DNA of 51,397 nt from an uncultured Clostridia bacterium (GTDB lineage: Bacteria > Bacillota > Clostridia > TANB77 > CAG-508), in NCBI GenBank assembly GCA_947627415.1, contig CANQVU010000003.1:1-51397 (forward strand), written 5' to 3'. Shown one piece after another: positions 25,225 to 35,615 of this stretch; position 1 is the stretch's first letter, and every line of letters starts with the position of its first letter. A program made the translations under genes and the position numbers. The notes beneath the pieces were generated by a model, which ran no database searches, had not been told where the DNA came from, and worked only from the letters and a program-made list of their open reading frames with translations.

Positions 25225-26195
25225 TAATTCACCTTCTTATTGGCATATAAATCATCTAAATTGTCGTAACTTCTTTGTTTATAATTATTATAATTTGTTT
25301 GCTTTTCTAAATTTTTAATATTTTTATGTTTTTGCTTCATTTCTGCCAAGAAATTGTTTACATCTACTTCTGTTTTTAGATTTCTATCATGCCAATCTGA
25401 AATTAATTTGTCTAAATAATCGAAATTAGGATTAGCTTTAGAAGTAGTCTTTTTAAGAGCAATATTTATAACTTTTAAATCATAATTATATTCTAATATC
25501 CATTTTTCTATATATGCTTCTTCAAATTGTGTAAGTGGAGTATATCTTCCTAATTTTTTTGAGATATCCTTTTTTATTTTATTAATTTTTTCTTGCTTTT
25601 GAGAGTAAATCTCTAAGTCTTCATATGTTTTAATATTACTTTTGTTCCAGCTATCGGCTACTGTTTTTACATAGTTCTTATGGAGAGCAGATTTATTAAA
25701 ACAATAATCAAAAAGTGAAATCATAACTTGCTCATCAAATCCATATTTTTTAAACCACAAGTCTATATCACTATACCACGTAGGAGACATTACACCTTGG
25801 AAATACATATTATTAATACATTCAATAGCTTTTGCTCTATATTTATTATCTTCATTTTTCTTTATATCTTCCTTAGATAAAGTAAGATTTGGAGAATACA
25901 ATTTATTTAGTTCTATTTCTTGTAGGTTACTCAAAATGTATCCATTTACTTTTTTTATTAAAACTCCTCTTTCTTCCCAATAGCTAAGAGCAGATTGAAT
26001 TGTTTGTAAAGGTATATTTAATTTCTTAGATAAATCATTTAGTTTAATATCCTTATCGTACTTAGTTAAAAAAACTAAGCATAAATATATTTTAACAAAA
26101 TCTCCGCTGGCTTCAGTCATATATTCTGTAAAAAAAACATCTGGAATTTCAGTACAAGAAAAAATCATAGACTTATCTTTATTTTCAAGTTTCAT
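25224..26195 (-). CDS. DnaD-domain replication protein
   Basis: IPD.FF.EYM..ASGDFVKIYL N-terminus; two DnaD-like repeats (YVKTVADSW, YLDKLISDW). Confidence 0.88.
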   Translation of the reverse strand: MKLENKDKSMIFSCTEIPDVFFTEYMTEASGDFVKIYLCLVFLTKYDKDIKLNDLSKKLNIPLQTIQSALSYWEERGVLIKKVNGYILSNLQEIELNKLYSPNLTLSKEDIKKNEDNKYRAKAIECINNMYFQGVMSPTWYSDIDLWFKKYGFDEQVMISLFDYCFNKSALHKNYVKTVADSWNKSNIKTYEDLEIYSQKQEKINKIKKDISKKLGRYTPLTQFEEAYIEKWILEYNYDLKVINIALKKTTSKANPNFDYLDKLISDWHDRNLKTEVDVNNFLAEMKQKHKNIKNLEKQTNYNNYKQRSYDNLDDLYANKKVN

Positions 26196-26276
26196 AGCAC
26201 TACTCCCTTAAATTTAGTACATCAATTATACCATTTTAATTAAACTATTACAATAAAGAAAGAATAAAATAATTAT

Positions 26277-26561
26277 CTAATTCTTATTATAGAAATAAAG
26301 TTTAGGATTTTTAATAAATTTAAAAAGATAAATTAACACATATATAAAATTTTCGTGATTAAAGCCTATAATACTAAATAGAAGTAAAGGAAAACAAAAT
26401 ATAATAAAACATGATATTTTGAATGACATATTTGGAATAAATATATCGAGTAGGCAGAATATAAAAGCATCCCAGATTATATTTAATATTAATGTAGAAT
26501 AATCAATTATTCCAAACAATTTATTTTTAAAAGTATAATTTTGTGGGAAAATATATTTCAT
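26277..26561 (-). CDS. PrgI/VirB3-like small membrane protein
   Basis: 94 aa with two TM helices; YIFP......KLFG and F...PK.Y pattern; T4SS-like neighbours. Confidence 0.6.
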   Translation of the reverse strand: MKYIFPQNYTFKNKLFGIIDYSTLILNIIWDAFIFCLLDIFIPNMSFKISCFIIFCFPLLLFSIIGFNHENFIYVLIYLFKFIKNPKLYFYNKN

Positions 26562-26676
26562 AAGAACTCCTTCCTATACATTAATTTTATAAGTTGTATT
26601 TTGTATGACAAAATTTATTTCAGATGTTGTAGGTTACTAATCTAATCAACTTAAAAGCAATCACACAAACAACAAT

Positions 26677-27561
26677 TTATTTCGAAAATAATGATCTAAA
26701 GCTAGAAATACCAGAACTTACATCAGTAGATAGTCCTCCCATAAAATCTTTAATAAATGAATTTGCTCTAATAATAGCATAAACAGATCCAATGTATATG
26801 AATTTTGAAAATATATCAGAAGACTTAAATTCTATTGAAAAAGATATTAATAATATTAAAGCTACTAATATTTGTAAAGAAAGAAGAGAGACAAAAAGTT
26901 TAAACCAACTTTTGAAAACCCATGAAGTATTAGTATTTATCAAAGATATAAAAGCAAAAGGGGAAAAGATGATAAATACTTTTATTAATACATATCTTAT
27001 GCTATATGAAATTGCTAGATTTAAAAGGCCTATTGAAACAAAACTTTTCATGAGCCCATCTAATGAAAAAATATTAAGTTCTGAGTTTTCGACATATATA
27101 GTAGAATTAAATTTTTCAACAAATGTAGATAAACAAATATTTTCATTAAAAACAATTTCACCAACTTCTCTTATTGATAACGTTATGTTGGAAAATAAAG
27201 CAATAAATTGTTTTACTATAAATAAAGAAGAATTTATTGCTATTGAGCATAAAAACAATTTAAATATAAATTGAGTAGGTCTTTGAACTTGAGACAATGT
27301 AAAATGTGATAACATGAGGAAACAAGCATAATACAAAGCAAATCCAACTAATAATGAATTACAAATTAAAATTATACCATTTGAATTTAAATTGCCCAAA
27401 ATTTTTTCTAAATTAGAATCACCAATTAAATTAGAATCTACAAATAATAAATCATCTAAAACTGAATATAGGGAATTATCAATCGATGAAAACAAATTAG
27501 AAAACAAACTATTAACGGTTTGAGTAATTGCTTGGACGATATTTATTTGTGAATTTTCCAA
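26677..27561 (-). CDS. Polytopic membrane protein, VirB6/TrbL-like
   Basis: About six TM segments; R......IFSPFAF.......W...W pattern; flanked by pilin-like and PrgI-like genes. Confidence 0.65.
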   Translation of the reverse strand: MENSQINIVQAITQTVNSLFSNLFSSIDNSLYSVLDDLLFVDSNLIGDSNLEKILGNLNSNGIILICNSLLVGFALYYACFLMLSHFTLSQVQRPTQFIFKLFLCSIAINSSLFIVKQFIALFSNITLSIREVGEIVFNENICLSTFVEKFNSTIYVENSELNIFSLDGLMKSFVSIGLLNLAISYSIRYVLIKVFIIFSPFAFISLINTNTSWVFKSWFKLFVSLLSLQILVALILLISFSIEFKSSDIFSKFIYIGSVYAIIRANSFIKDFMGGLSTDVSSGISSFRSLFSK

Positions 27562-27577
27562 TTTTACACCTCATTTT

Positions 27578-27910
27578 CTAAGAAATTAGAAGTTCAATAG
27601 CACCAAGAATCAAGTCTATTGATAAGATAAATGCATATGAGAAAAGACTACCATTGATTATTTTTTTGCCAACACGGATTCTTTCTTCGTCGCCAAAACT
27701 AAACTTTTTCATAAACACTCCTGTGCCTACAGCAACTGCGGCAGCAGGTGTTGCTATTTTTATAATCCAACCTTTTATAGTTTCAAACCCATTAAGCAGT
27801 TTTGAGACTAGTTTTGGATAGGCAGCAAAAGTAAAATTAGAAAAAGAAATTATAAAAACTATACATAATATAATAATAAATAAAATGAAAAATAAAGATT
27901 TTTTATTCAT
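27578..27910 (-). CDS. VirB2/TrbC pilin-like protein
   Basis: Signal peptide ending TFAA, then two hydrophobic helices separated by GDEERIRVGKK. Confidence 0.6.
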   Translation of the reverse strand: MNKKSLFFILFIIILCIVFIISFSNFTFAAYPKLVSKLLNGFETIKGWIIKIATPAAAVAVGTGVFMKKFSFGDEERIRVGKKIINGSLFSYAFILSIDLILGAIELLIS

Positions 27911-27925
27911 ATGTTTACCACCTTT

Positions 27926-29663
27926 CTAAATTATTTTTAAATTATTATTTTTTTTAGAATTTTGCTGAGAATTAGAGTCTTTAAAATAAGGAGTTAAATC
28001 AATTTTACATGGAGGGAGAATCTTATTACCATTTGATAAAAAGGAAAGACAAGAAAAAGTTTCAAGTTCCTGTGTAAAAAAATTAATATCATATATGTAA
28101 TCAGTCTGAATATGGGTAGAAATTGTTTCAGATAAATTAGATTTTCTGGATGCAAGTGAATTTGTAAAATAGTTATAATTAGTTTCTACTGCATTTTCTG
28201 ATATGTTTTTTGATATTTTTGTTTTATCCTCTCTACCAATTTGTTTCTGAGCACTTTCAATAGTATAAATATCGTCAGTCCTAAGCCAAAGTTTATTTAC
28301 TAAATTTTGAATTATTACTTTAACAGACGACTCATTTTGAATAGTATTTAATATCGAAGAATAGCTTTGAGTAGATACAATATTTATACATTTAGATTCC
28401 CTACTTTGTGCGAAAAAATCTGCATCAGATTTTGTTACATATTCATGATATTCATCACACATAAACACTGTTGGATTTAAATTATTTTTATTTTCTGACA
28501 ATTTAGAAAGAATTTGAGATTGGAAGTCTAATTTTAGATATGCTGCAATTATTTTTGATAAATTTCTATATTCGGCAATATTCATATTAAGAACAATAAT
28601 TTTTCCATTGTTAATTACCTCATCAAAATCTCTAAAGTTAATATCATGTTTTTCAGGACAAAAAGTTTTTGAAATTTTAAAATCAGATATAAAAATTCCA
28701 GTAATTCTTGTAATCTCAGATTTTAGTATTGATTTTGTTCTTTCATCTAGATATGTAAATTCATTTTCAAAAAAAGATAAAGAGGAATATAAATTATAAA
28801 TATCTTCAGAAGACATTTTTCCAGATAAAAACATATTCCTTAGGTACTCTACTTTACTTTTGTAATAATCATCATGACTAATTAAATTATGAAGTTCAGT
28901 AAAAGTAACATATCCGTTATTATATAACCTACAGAGCTTTATACTTTCCGTAAGAACGTCTTGAGCTTTATCTAACCAGTAAGACTCAGAATTATTAGGA
29001 GAAAATAATTCTAAAATAGTTTTTAATCTATTAGATAATACACTGGGATTTAAGTTTGGCTTATCAAGAGGATTATATCTAATATTAGAATTTAAACTTA
29101 TTTCAATTATATCTGAATTTCTTTTATAAGTTTCTGCATATTTTAATACTTGTTTAAAAAAATTTCCTTTAACATCTAAAATTAACATACCCAACTTAGG
29201 TTTTTCAAACTGCATTAATTGATTTAGCAAGGGATACATTACTGAACTCGTTTTACCGGGAGCCTATAGTCCCAGTAACTAAAATATTTTGATATAATCC
29301 TTTTTCAGGGATAAATACTTCAGCATGGTTTTTAGAATCATTACCAATTAATAAATTTAAGGTACTTTCATCTTCAATATAATTTAATTGTTTACTTTTA
29401 GGAGTATTAGAGGGTTTGTTAGATTTTGGAAAAATAAATATAGAATTTATTATTAAAAAATTAGAGATAAACAAATTTAAATAATATATTGTTTTTATAT
29501 AAAACCAAGTTTTAGGATAAGTTTTAGCTATATCAAAAGGATGTATTGCATAAGGGAAAATTAAAGTTTTAGCAGTTAAAATTGGTTTAAAAATAATTAA
29601 AAATATAATTGAAATAAAAATTGAAAATGCAAGTATAAAAAACTTTGATTTTAAAAATTTCAA
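27926..29663 (-). CDS. VirD4/TraD-like coupling ATPase, about 578 aa after a +1 shift at CGG 29256-29258
   Basis: Two N-terminal TM helices; restored Walker A NILVTGTIGS-[C]-GKTSSVMYP, LILDVKG, YNPL, Walker B FMCDEYH, STQS. Confidence 0.85.
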
Positions 29664-29933
29664 AATTACCTCCTATAAATTAAGAGTTTTCCTTTTCATA
29701 TTTAAGATAGACCCTTGAGTATTATGGAATATTATTAAATCGACTAAAGAATAAATTGAATAAAAAACAATAAAAAGATTTATAATAAAAGAAATAAAAA
29801 ACAGATGAATTAAAATAACAAGTACACCTCACTTCCATTTTTTACCATAATAATATATTATTTTCAATTTGTCTATACTTTTTTAAAAAAATATGATAAA
29901 ATTTTTAATTATAAGGTTTAGGAGGAACAAAAT

Positions 29934-30116
29934 ATGATAGAAAAAACTACAAAAATAGGAGAATTACTAAAAATTGCACCAGAAAAAGCAGATATATTAT
30001 TAGAAGCAGGAATGCATTGTTTGGGTTGCCCAGCTTCACAAGAAGAGACAATAGAAGAAGCATGTGAGGTACATGGAATTGACGTTGACGATTTACTTAA
30101 AAGGATAAATTCATAA
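29934..30116 (+). CDS. DUF1858 domain protein
   Basis: GMHCLGCPASQEETIEEACEVHG signature; AGGAGG RBS. Confidence 0.9.
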   Translation: MIEKTTKIGELLKIAPEKADILLEAGMHCLGCPASQEETIEEACEVHGIDVDDLLKRINS

Positions 30117-30227
30117 AAAGTTAAATAAAATTTTAAAAAAACGTTGACATTTTTGAAAAAATATTGTAATATATTTAAGCAACTGTCAGAAGAACAGTTG
30201 CTTAAATAATTCTTTTTTTAGGATTAT

Positions 30228-30303
30228 GGGCCATTAGCTCAGGTGGTAGAGCACTTGACTTTTAATCAAGTTGTCCCGCGTTCGAGTCGCGGATGGCTCA
30301 CCA
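30228..30303 (+). tRNA. tRNA-Lys(UUU)
   Basis: Cloverleaf; anticodon arm CTTGA-CTTTTAA-TCAAG; TTCGA T loop; encoded CCA. Confidence 0.96.
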
Positions 30304-30464
30304 AAATAAATACTAATTTTATATACTAGAAAATTTTTTGAATTTTCTAGTATATAAAATGCTGTAATCGCTATTGCATTTGAGATTTCCTCTTTTCAGT
30401 CGGAAACTCAAATCGGCGAGAACAAAGAGCGACTTCGTCACTTTGTTCTTATTAGTATTTATTT
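30304..30464. repeat. Multi-hairpin element with 14-bp terminal inverted repeats (family D)
   Basis: AAATAAATACTAAT...ATTAGTATTTATTT ends enclosing three hairpins; degenerate relative at about 32281-32405. Confidence 0.75.
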
Positions 30465-30470
30465 ATATAA

Positions 30471-30545
30471 GGCCCGTTGGTCAAGCGGTTAAGACATCGC
30501 CCTTTCACGGCGGAGACATGGGTTCGATTCCCGTACGGGTCACCA
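30471..30545 (+). tRNA. tRNA-Glu(UUC)
   Basis: GGCCCGTTGGTCAAGCGGTTAAGAC start; anticodon loop CTTTCAC; encoded CCA. Confidence 0.96.
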
Positions 30546-30555
30546 ATAGATAAAT

Positions 30556-30631
<76 letters not shown>

Positions 30632-30651
30632 AAAAGGTGACTAAGTCATCT

Positions 30652-30806
30652 TTTTTTATTGTATAGGAAAAATCGACTTTTATCTTGATCTTATATAAGA
30701 TTTTTCCGTATACAACAGGTTAGATACTTTAATACACCCGAATGAAGTGAGTGGCATGTATTTCGCATTTGCTCCAACGACTAACTTAGCGAAATGCCTT
30801 TCTTAT
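30652..30806. repeat. Structured repeat family B, copy 1
   Basis: About 155 bp, roughly 90% identical by eye to 45206-45362 in the same orientation. Confidence 0.9.
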
Positions 30807-30971
30807 GCCCAAATTGCCATTTCTTGACAAGTATATACAAAGGTGCTAATCTAAATTATGGAATAAAAGGAGGGACATTCCTCGAACTATGAGGAATACC
30901 AGTAAGAGAGGTTTGTTTCTCAAACATATTAAAATTAAATAAAGATATTTTAGGAAATAAGAGGTGCAAAT

Positions 30972-31697
30972 ATGAAAACTGTTTTAATAACTGGTGGATC
31001 AAGAGGAATAGGCAAATGTATAGCAGAAAATTTGGCAAGAGATGGATATAATGTAGTTTTGAATTATAATAAATCTGAAAAACAGGCTAGACAAATACAA
31101 AAAGATTTAAAAGAACAAGGGATAAAAATTGAAATATGCAAAGCAGATGTATCAAAGAGAGAAGATGTAAAAAAGCTAGTTAAATTTACTCTTAATAAAT
31201 TTAAGAATATAGATGTATTAGTAAACAATGCAGGAATTGCAAAGCTTCAAATGTTTAATGATATAACAGATGAAGATTGGAATGAAATAATAGCTACTAA
31301 TTTAAATTCAGCTTTCTACTGTACACAAGAAACTCTACCTAATATGATACATAACAAAAATGGATGTATTATAAATATTTCATCTATGTGGGGAATAGTT
31401 GGAGCATCATGTGAAGTTGCATATTCAGTATCAAAGGCTGGTATAAATGGAATGACAAAAGCACTTGCAAAAGAATTAGGATTATCTAATATTAGGGTTA
31501 ACTCAGTTGCACCTGGAGTTATTGATACAGAAATGAATAATAACATAGATAATGCAATTAAAGAAGAAATAAAAAATGAAACACCATTAAATAAAATTGG
31601 AAAACCGATTGATATATATAGATGCGTTAAATGGTTAATAGAAGATGAATTCACAACAGGTCAAGTTATTTCACCAAATGGTGGATATGTTATTTAA
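30972..31697 (+). CDS. Short-chain dehydrogenase/reductase (FabG/YmfI-like)
   Basis: TGGSRGIG, NNAG, YSVSK, VAPG. Confidence 0.92.
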   Translation: MKTVLITGGSRGIGKCIAENLARDGYNVVLNYNKSEKQARQIQKDLKEQGIKIEICKADVSKREDVKKLVKFTLNKFKNIDVLVNNAGIAKLQMFNDITDEDWNEIIATNLNSAFYCTQETLPNMIHNKNGCIINISSMWGIVGASCEVAYSVSKAGINGMTKALAKELGLSNIRVNSVAPGVIDTEMNNNIDNAIKEEIKNETPLNKIGKPIDIYRCVKWLIEDEFTTGQVISPNGGYVI

Positions 31698-31734
31698 TAG
31701 AATTAAAATAAAAAACCACCCAAGGTGGTTTTTA

Positions 31735-32199
31735 TTAATTATTATATATTTTCTTTTTATAATTTCCTGAAATTAATTTTGGAACATATGTTATTATTTT
31801 ATATATAGCAAGTCTTATTTTTTTACTCCATAAATAAGATTTTCTTAATCTGTTTGGCCTATCTAAAGAGGAATCTATATCTTTAACGATTAAATCTAAA
31901 TTAGGTTTTTCTAAATCGAATATATAATTTTGACAATTATTATTGTCCCATTCATCATTCTCATTTTTAAAACAGAAGTTAAAAGTATCACTTTCAATCA
32001 AATTAATTTCAGCTTGAAAACCAAGTTCTGTTTTTTCCATCTTTATTTCAGAAATATTATCCCAAAAAGGTCCAAATCCATAATGAATATATACCTCTTC
32101 AGAACCATTTTCGAAAAATAATCCTGTATATGAAATTTTTACTTTAGAATTTTGTATTAGTTTATCTGTATTAAAAAATATATTTTTAGTTAATTCCAT
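31735..32199 (-). CDS. Starch/carbohydrate-binding module protein (CBM53/CBM25-like)
   Basis: VYIHYGF...W and FNFCFKN....WDNN...NY pattern. Confidence 0.75.
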   Translation of the reverse strand: MELTKNIFFNTDKLIQNSKVKISYTGLFFENGSEEVYIHYGFGPFWDNISEIKMEKTELGFQAEINLIESDTFNFCFKNENDEWDNNNCQNYIFDLEKPNLDLIVKDIDSSLDRPNRLRKSYLWSKKIRLAIYKIITYVPKLISGNYKKKIYNN

Positions 32200-32406
32200 T
32201 TTTTACTCCTCTAAAACATTTATCTTTAGCTAACGATATTATAGTATTAAAAAATATAATATTCAAGTATTTTTTACAAATTTTTTATATAGTAGAATTT
32301 TCTTTTAAAATTTTACTATGTAAAAGTTATAATTATTAATACTTTTTAAATTTCTTTCTGTTAATACGGAACTCAAATCGGCAAAATAAATACATACTTT
32401 ATTGCA

Positions 32407-32979
32407 TTATTTACAATTTAATACTTTACCAATAATATAGAATGTATCAGAATCTTTTATTTCTATTTCTTCAAATGTTTTGTTATCTGGCTTTAGTACA
32501 AATTTTCCTCTACGAATAACAAATCTACGAACTAGTATTTTACCATTTATATCAAAGATTCCTACTTCTTTGTTTTCTAAAAGAGAATTAAATTCTATAA
32601 AAGCAAAGTCTCCTTTTTTAAGTTTTGGTTCCATAGAGTTATCATTTATTGTAACTGCTAATGATGCACTTGGCATATTTGATGGACAATCAATAAAATC
32701 TTGTAAATTATTTACTGCAAGGACTTTATTATATGATATATGATTTATAAAACCATAGCTTTCTTGTTCTTCACTTACTTGTTTATCATAAGTGTACATC
32801 AATTGTTGATAAGGTATATCTAAAGCTCTACATATGTTCTTTAATGCTTTATGGCTTGGGTTCCTTTCACCTTTTTCAATATGTGTTAAATGACCTATAT
32901 TAATATCAGTTAATTTAGCTAATTCTGTTTTTGTCATTCCCTTTTCTTTTCTAACTTTTGCAATCATATCACCTATCAT
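32407..32979 (-). CDS. XRE HTH plus S24 peptidase-like repressor (LexA/CI-like)
   Basis: N-terminal HTH (IEKGERNPS); C-terminal NDNSMEP..KGD and LKPDN. Confidence 0.88.
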   Translation of the reverse strand: MIGDMIAKVRKEKGMTKTELAKLTDINIGHLTHIEKGERNPSHKALKNICRALDIPYQQLMYTYDKQVSEEQESYGFINHISYNKVLAVNNLQDFIDCPSNMPSASLAVTINDNSMEPKLKKGDFAFIEFNSLLENKEVGIFDINGKILVRRFVIRRGKFVLKPDNKTFEEIEIKDSDTFYIIGKVLNCK

Positions 32980-33163
32980 AATTTACGCACTCCTTTTATC
33001 TAAAATTATAATATAATTATATAGAATAAAACAAAATTTGTCTACTAGTAAATGAAAAAAATGTAAAAATTTAACAAATTTATAAAAAAAGCTTGACTTG
33101 TCAAAAAGTATAGTGATAATATGTTGTTAATTAGACAAAAACAAAAAGGAGGGACGAATATAT

Positions 33164-33361
33164 ATGTATCATAATCAAATAAAAAAGGAAAGAGAAGAAA
33201 GAGGAATGACACTATTAAAACTTTCAGAATTATCAGGGGTTTCTGTAGGATATTTATGCCATTTGGAAAGAGGAAGCAGAAAAAATCCATCTGTTGGAAT
33301 TATGGAAAAAATTTCAACAGCATTAAACAAATCAATAACTGAAATATTTTTCATACCATAG
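33164..33361 (+). CDS. Small XRE-family HTH regulator
   Basis: 65 aa; LSGVSVGYLCHLERGSRKNPS; AGGAGG RBS; divergent from the repressor. Confidence 0.88.
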   Translation: MYHNQIKKEREERGMTLLKLSELSGVSVGYLCHLERGSRKNPSVGIMEKISTALNKSITEIFFIP

Positions 33362-33468
33362 TAATATTAATATAAAAAAAGTATATTCAATTGATATAAA
33401 AATATTGTAAAAAAATAATAGTTATGATAATATTATAGTGGAATATACTTTATTTAGGGAGATATGGT

Positions 33469-35280
33469 ATGGAAGATAAAAAAATAAAAAATGAAGAAAG
33501 TGAAAAATTAAAAAAAGAAACTATTAATAATGAAATTTCAAAATTTAGATTGTTTATGACAAACAAGAAAAACGTTATATTCCTAATTTGTATAATTGCA
33601 ACAATTCTTTTAGTACTCTTATTTAGTACAACATTTGCATTAATTAATATAAATAATACTAAAATTATTACTGGAGTAAAAATAGATGGTGTAGAAGTAA
33701 GTAAATTAACTAAAGAAGAGGCAGTTCAAAAATTAGAAGAAGTAGTTAATAAAAAGTTAGAAGATGATATCTTAATAAAGGCAGAAGATTTTGAATATAG
33801 TATAAAGCTATCGCAGATGGAAGTTAGTTATGATATAGAAAAGGCAATAGAAGAAGCGTATAGTACTGGAAGGCAAAGTAATATATTTTCTAATAACTAT
33901 GCGATAATAAAATCTATGATTTGGGGAAAAGATATTAACTTAGGATATACTTATAATGAAGAATTACTAACTAAAATGCTAAATGATATGTCATCTAAAG
34001 TACCAAATGCTGTGGTAGAAGCAAATTATAGTATTGAAGACGATAAATTAATTATAACTAAAGGTAAAATAGGAAATAGCATAGATAAAGAACAATTAAA
34101 AAGTAAGATTATAGATGAAATATTGATTAATAATACAAATACAGAAATAAATATAGAATTAATTCAAAAAGAACCAGAGCCAATAAACATTGATGATATT
34201 TATTCTAAAGTTCATACAGAACCAAAGGATGCATATTATACAAAAAATCCATTTCAAATTTTCCCACATGTAGATGGAGTAGATTTTGACTTAGAAGCTG
34301 CAAGAGAGATGTTAAAAGAAGATAAAGAAGAATATGAAATACAATTAAAAATAACATCACCAAAAATAACAACAAATCAAATTGGAACTGAAGCATTTCC
34401 AAATCTTTTATCATCTTTTAGTACTAGATATGATGCAAGTAACTATCCAAGAACTACAAATTTAAAATTAGCGATGAATAAATTGAATGGAGTTGTAGTA
34501 GCTTCAGGTGAAACTTTTTCATATAATAGAACATTAGGGAAAAGGACAGCAGAAGCTGGATATAAAGAAGCTGGGGGATATGCAGGAGGAAAAGTAGTTC
34601 AAACTCTTGCAGGAGGTATTTGCCAAATATCATCAACATTATATGATGCAGTTGTTTATGCTAATTTAGATATAGTAGAAAGGCATAATCACATGTTCTT
34701 AGCAGGATATGTAGGGGCTGGTAAAGATGCAACTGTTGTATATGGTTCTCTAGATTTTAAGTTTAAAAACACAAGGAAATATCCGATAATGATAAAAACA
34801 AGTATTGGAAATGGTGTAGCAAAAATAGATATATATGGTATTAAAGAAGATGTTGAATATGATGTAGATATTGTAACAACGGTATTAAGTTATACTCCAT
34901 TTAATGTGATATATGAGAATGACAGTAGCTTAGCCGAAGGACAGCAAAAAGTAACTCAATCAGGAATGAATGGATGTAAAAGTATAACATATAAAATACT
35001 AAGACTAAATGGTACAGAAGTTTCAAGGAGTGTATTATCTTCAGATACGTATGATCCTATGAATAAAATTATAAGTGTAGGACCCCAAAAAACTGTATCA
35101 ACGAGTTCAACTACAAATAAAGAAAATTCAAAAACAGAAAAAAAGGAAACGGAAACTAATAAAAAAGAAGAAAAGAAAAAAGAAAATACTAATAATACAA
35201 CGAATACAACGGAAACAAATAATAATACGGAAAATAAAGAAAAACCAACTAATAAAACTGGTAATAAAACAGAAAATTAA
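33469..35280 (+). CDS. VanW-family membrane-anchored protein with PG-binding and G5 domains
   Basis: One TM helix; GETFSYN, GGICQISSTLY, ERHNH, DATV; G5-like region; T/N/K/E-rich tail. Confidence 0.9.
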   Translation: MEDKKIKNEESEKLKKETINNEISKFRLFMTNKKNVIFLICIIATILLVLLFSTTFALININNTKIITGVKIDGVEVSKLTKEEAVQKLEEVVNKKLEDDILIKAEDFEYSIKLSQMEVSYDIEKAIEEAYSTGRQSNIFSNNYAIIKSMIWGKDINLGYTYNEELLTKMLNDMSSKVPNAVVEANYSIEDDKLIITKGKIGNSIDKEQLKSKIIDEILINNTNTEINIELIQKEPEPINIDDIYSKVHTEPKDAYYTKNPFQIFPHVDGVDFDLEAAREMLKEDKEEYEIQLKITSPKITTNQIGTEAFPNLLSSFSTRYDASNYPRTTNLKLAMNKLNGVVVASGETFSYNRTLGKRTAEAGYKEAGGYAGGKVVQTLAGGICQISSTLYDAVVYANLDIVERHNHMFLAGYVGAGKDATVVYGSLDFKFKNTRKYPIMIKTSIGNGVAKIDIYGIKEDVEYDVDIVTTVLSYTPFNVIYENDSSLAEGQQKVTQSGMNGCKSITYKILRLNGTEVSRSVLSSDTYDPMNKIISVGPQKTVSTSSTTNKENSKTEKKETETNKKEEKKKENTNNTTNTTETNNNTENKEKPTNKTGNKTEN

Positions 35281-35328
35281 TAGTAAACGTAAAACTAGAG
35301 CTAACTCCTCTAGTTTTACATTAAAAGA

Positions 35329-35357
35329 TTGACAAAGAATAATTTTGGTATTATAAT
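35329..35357 (+). promoter_or_regulatory. Consensus sigma-A promoter of tRNA-Lys(CUU)
   Basis: TTGACA-17 nt-TATAAT. Confidence 0.85.
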
Positions 35358-35375
35358 AAAAAACGTTAAAAATAT

Positions 35376-35451
35376 GTGCCATTAGCTCAGTTGGTAGAGC
35401 AACTGACTCTTAATCAGTGGGTCCAGAGTTCGAATCTCTGATGGCGCACCA
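35376..35451 (+). tRNA. tRNA-Lys(CUU)
   Basis: Anticodon arm ACTGA-CTCTTAA-TCAGT; TTCGAA T loop; encoded CCA. Confidence 0.95.
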
Positions 35452-35615
35452 AATTTTTTAATAGAAGATAAAGGAAAATAGTAGAATACTACTTTTTCCT
35501 TTTATTTTTTTAATAAAATAATTTACAAGGAGGGGTACTCAAAAAAATAAAAGTATGGTATAATATTAAAAGTTGTGCGTAAAAGAGAGAATACACAAAT
35601 TAAGAGTAAAAAGGG

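Noticed and set aside
26575-26615. Possible sporulation sigma-E-like promoter (GTCATA...ATAAAAT, minus strand) before the PrgI-like gene
   Set aside because: The match is too degenerate to support in such AT-rich DNA.
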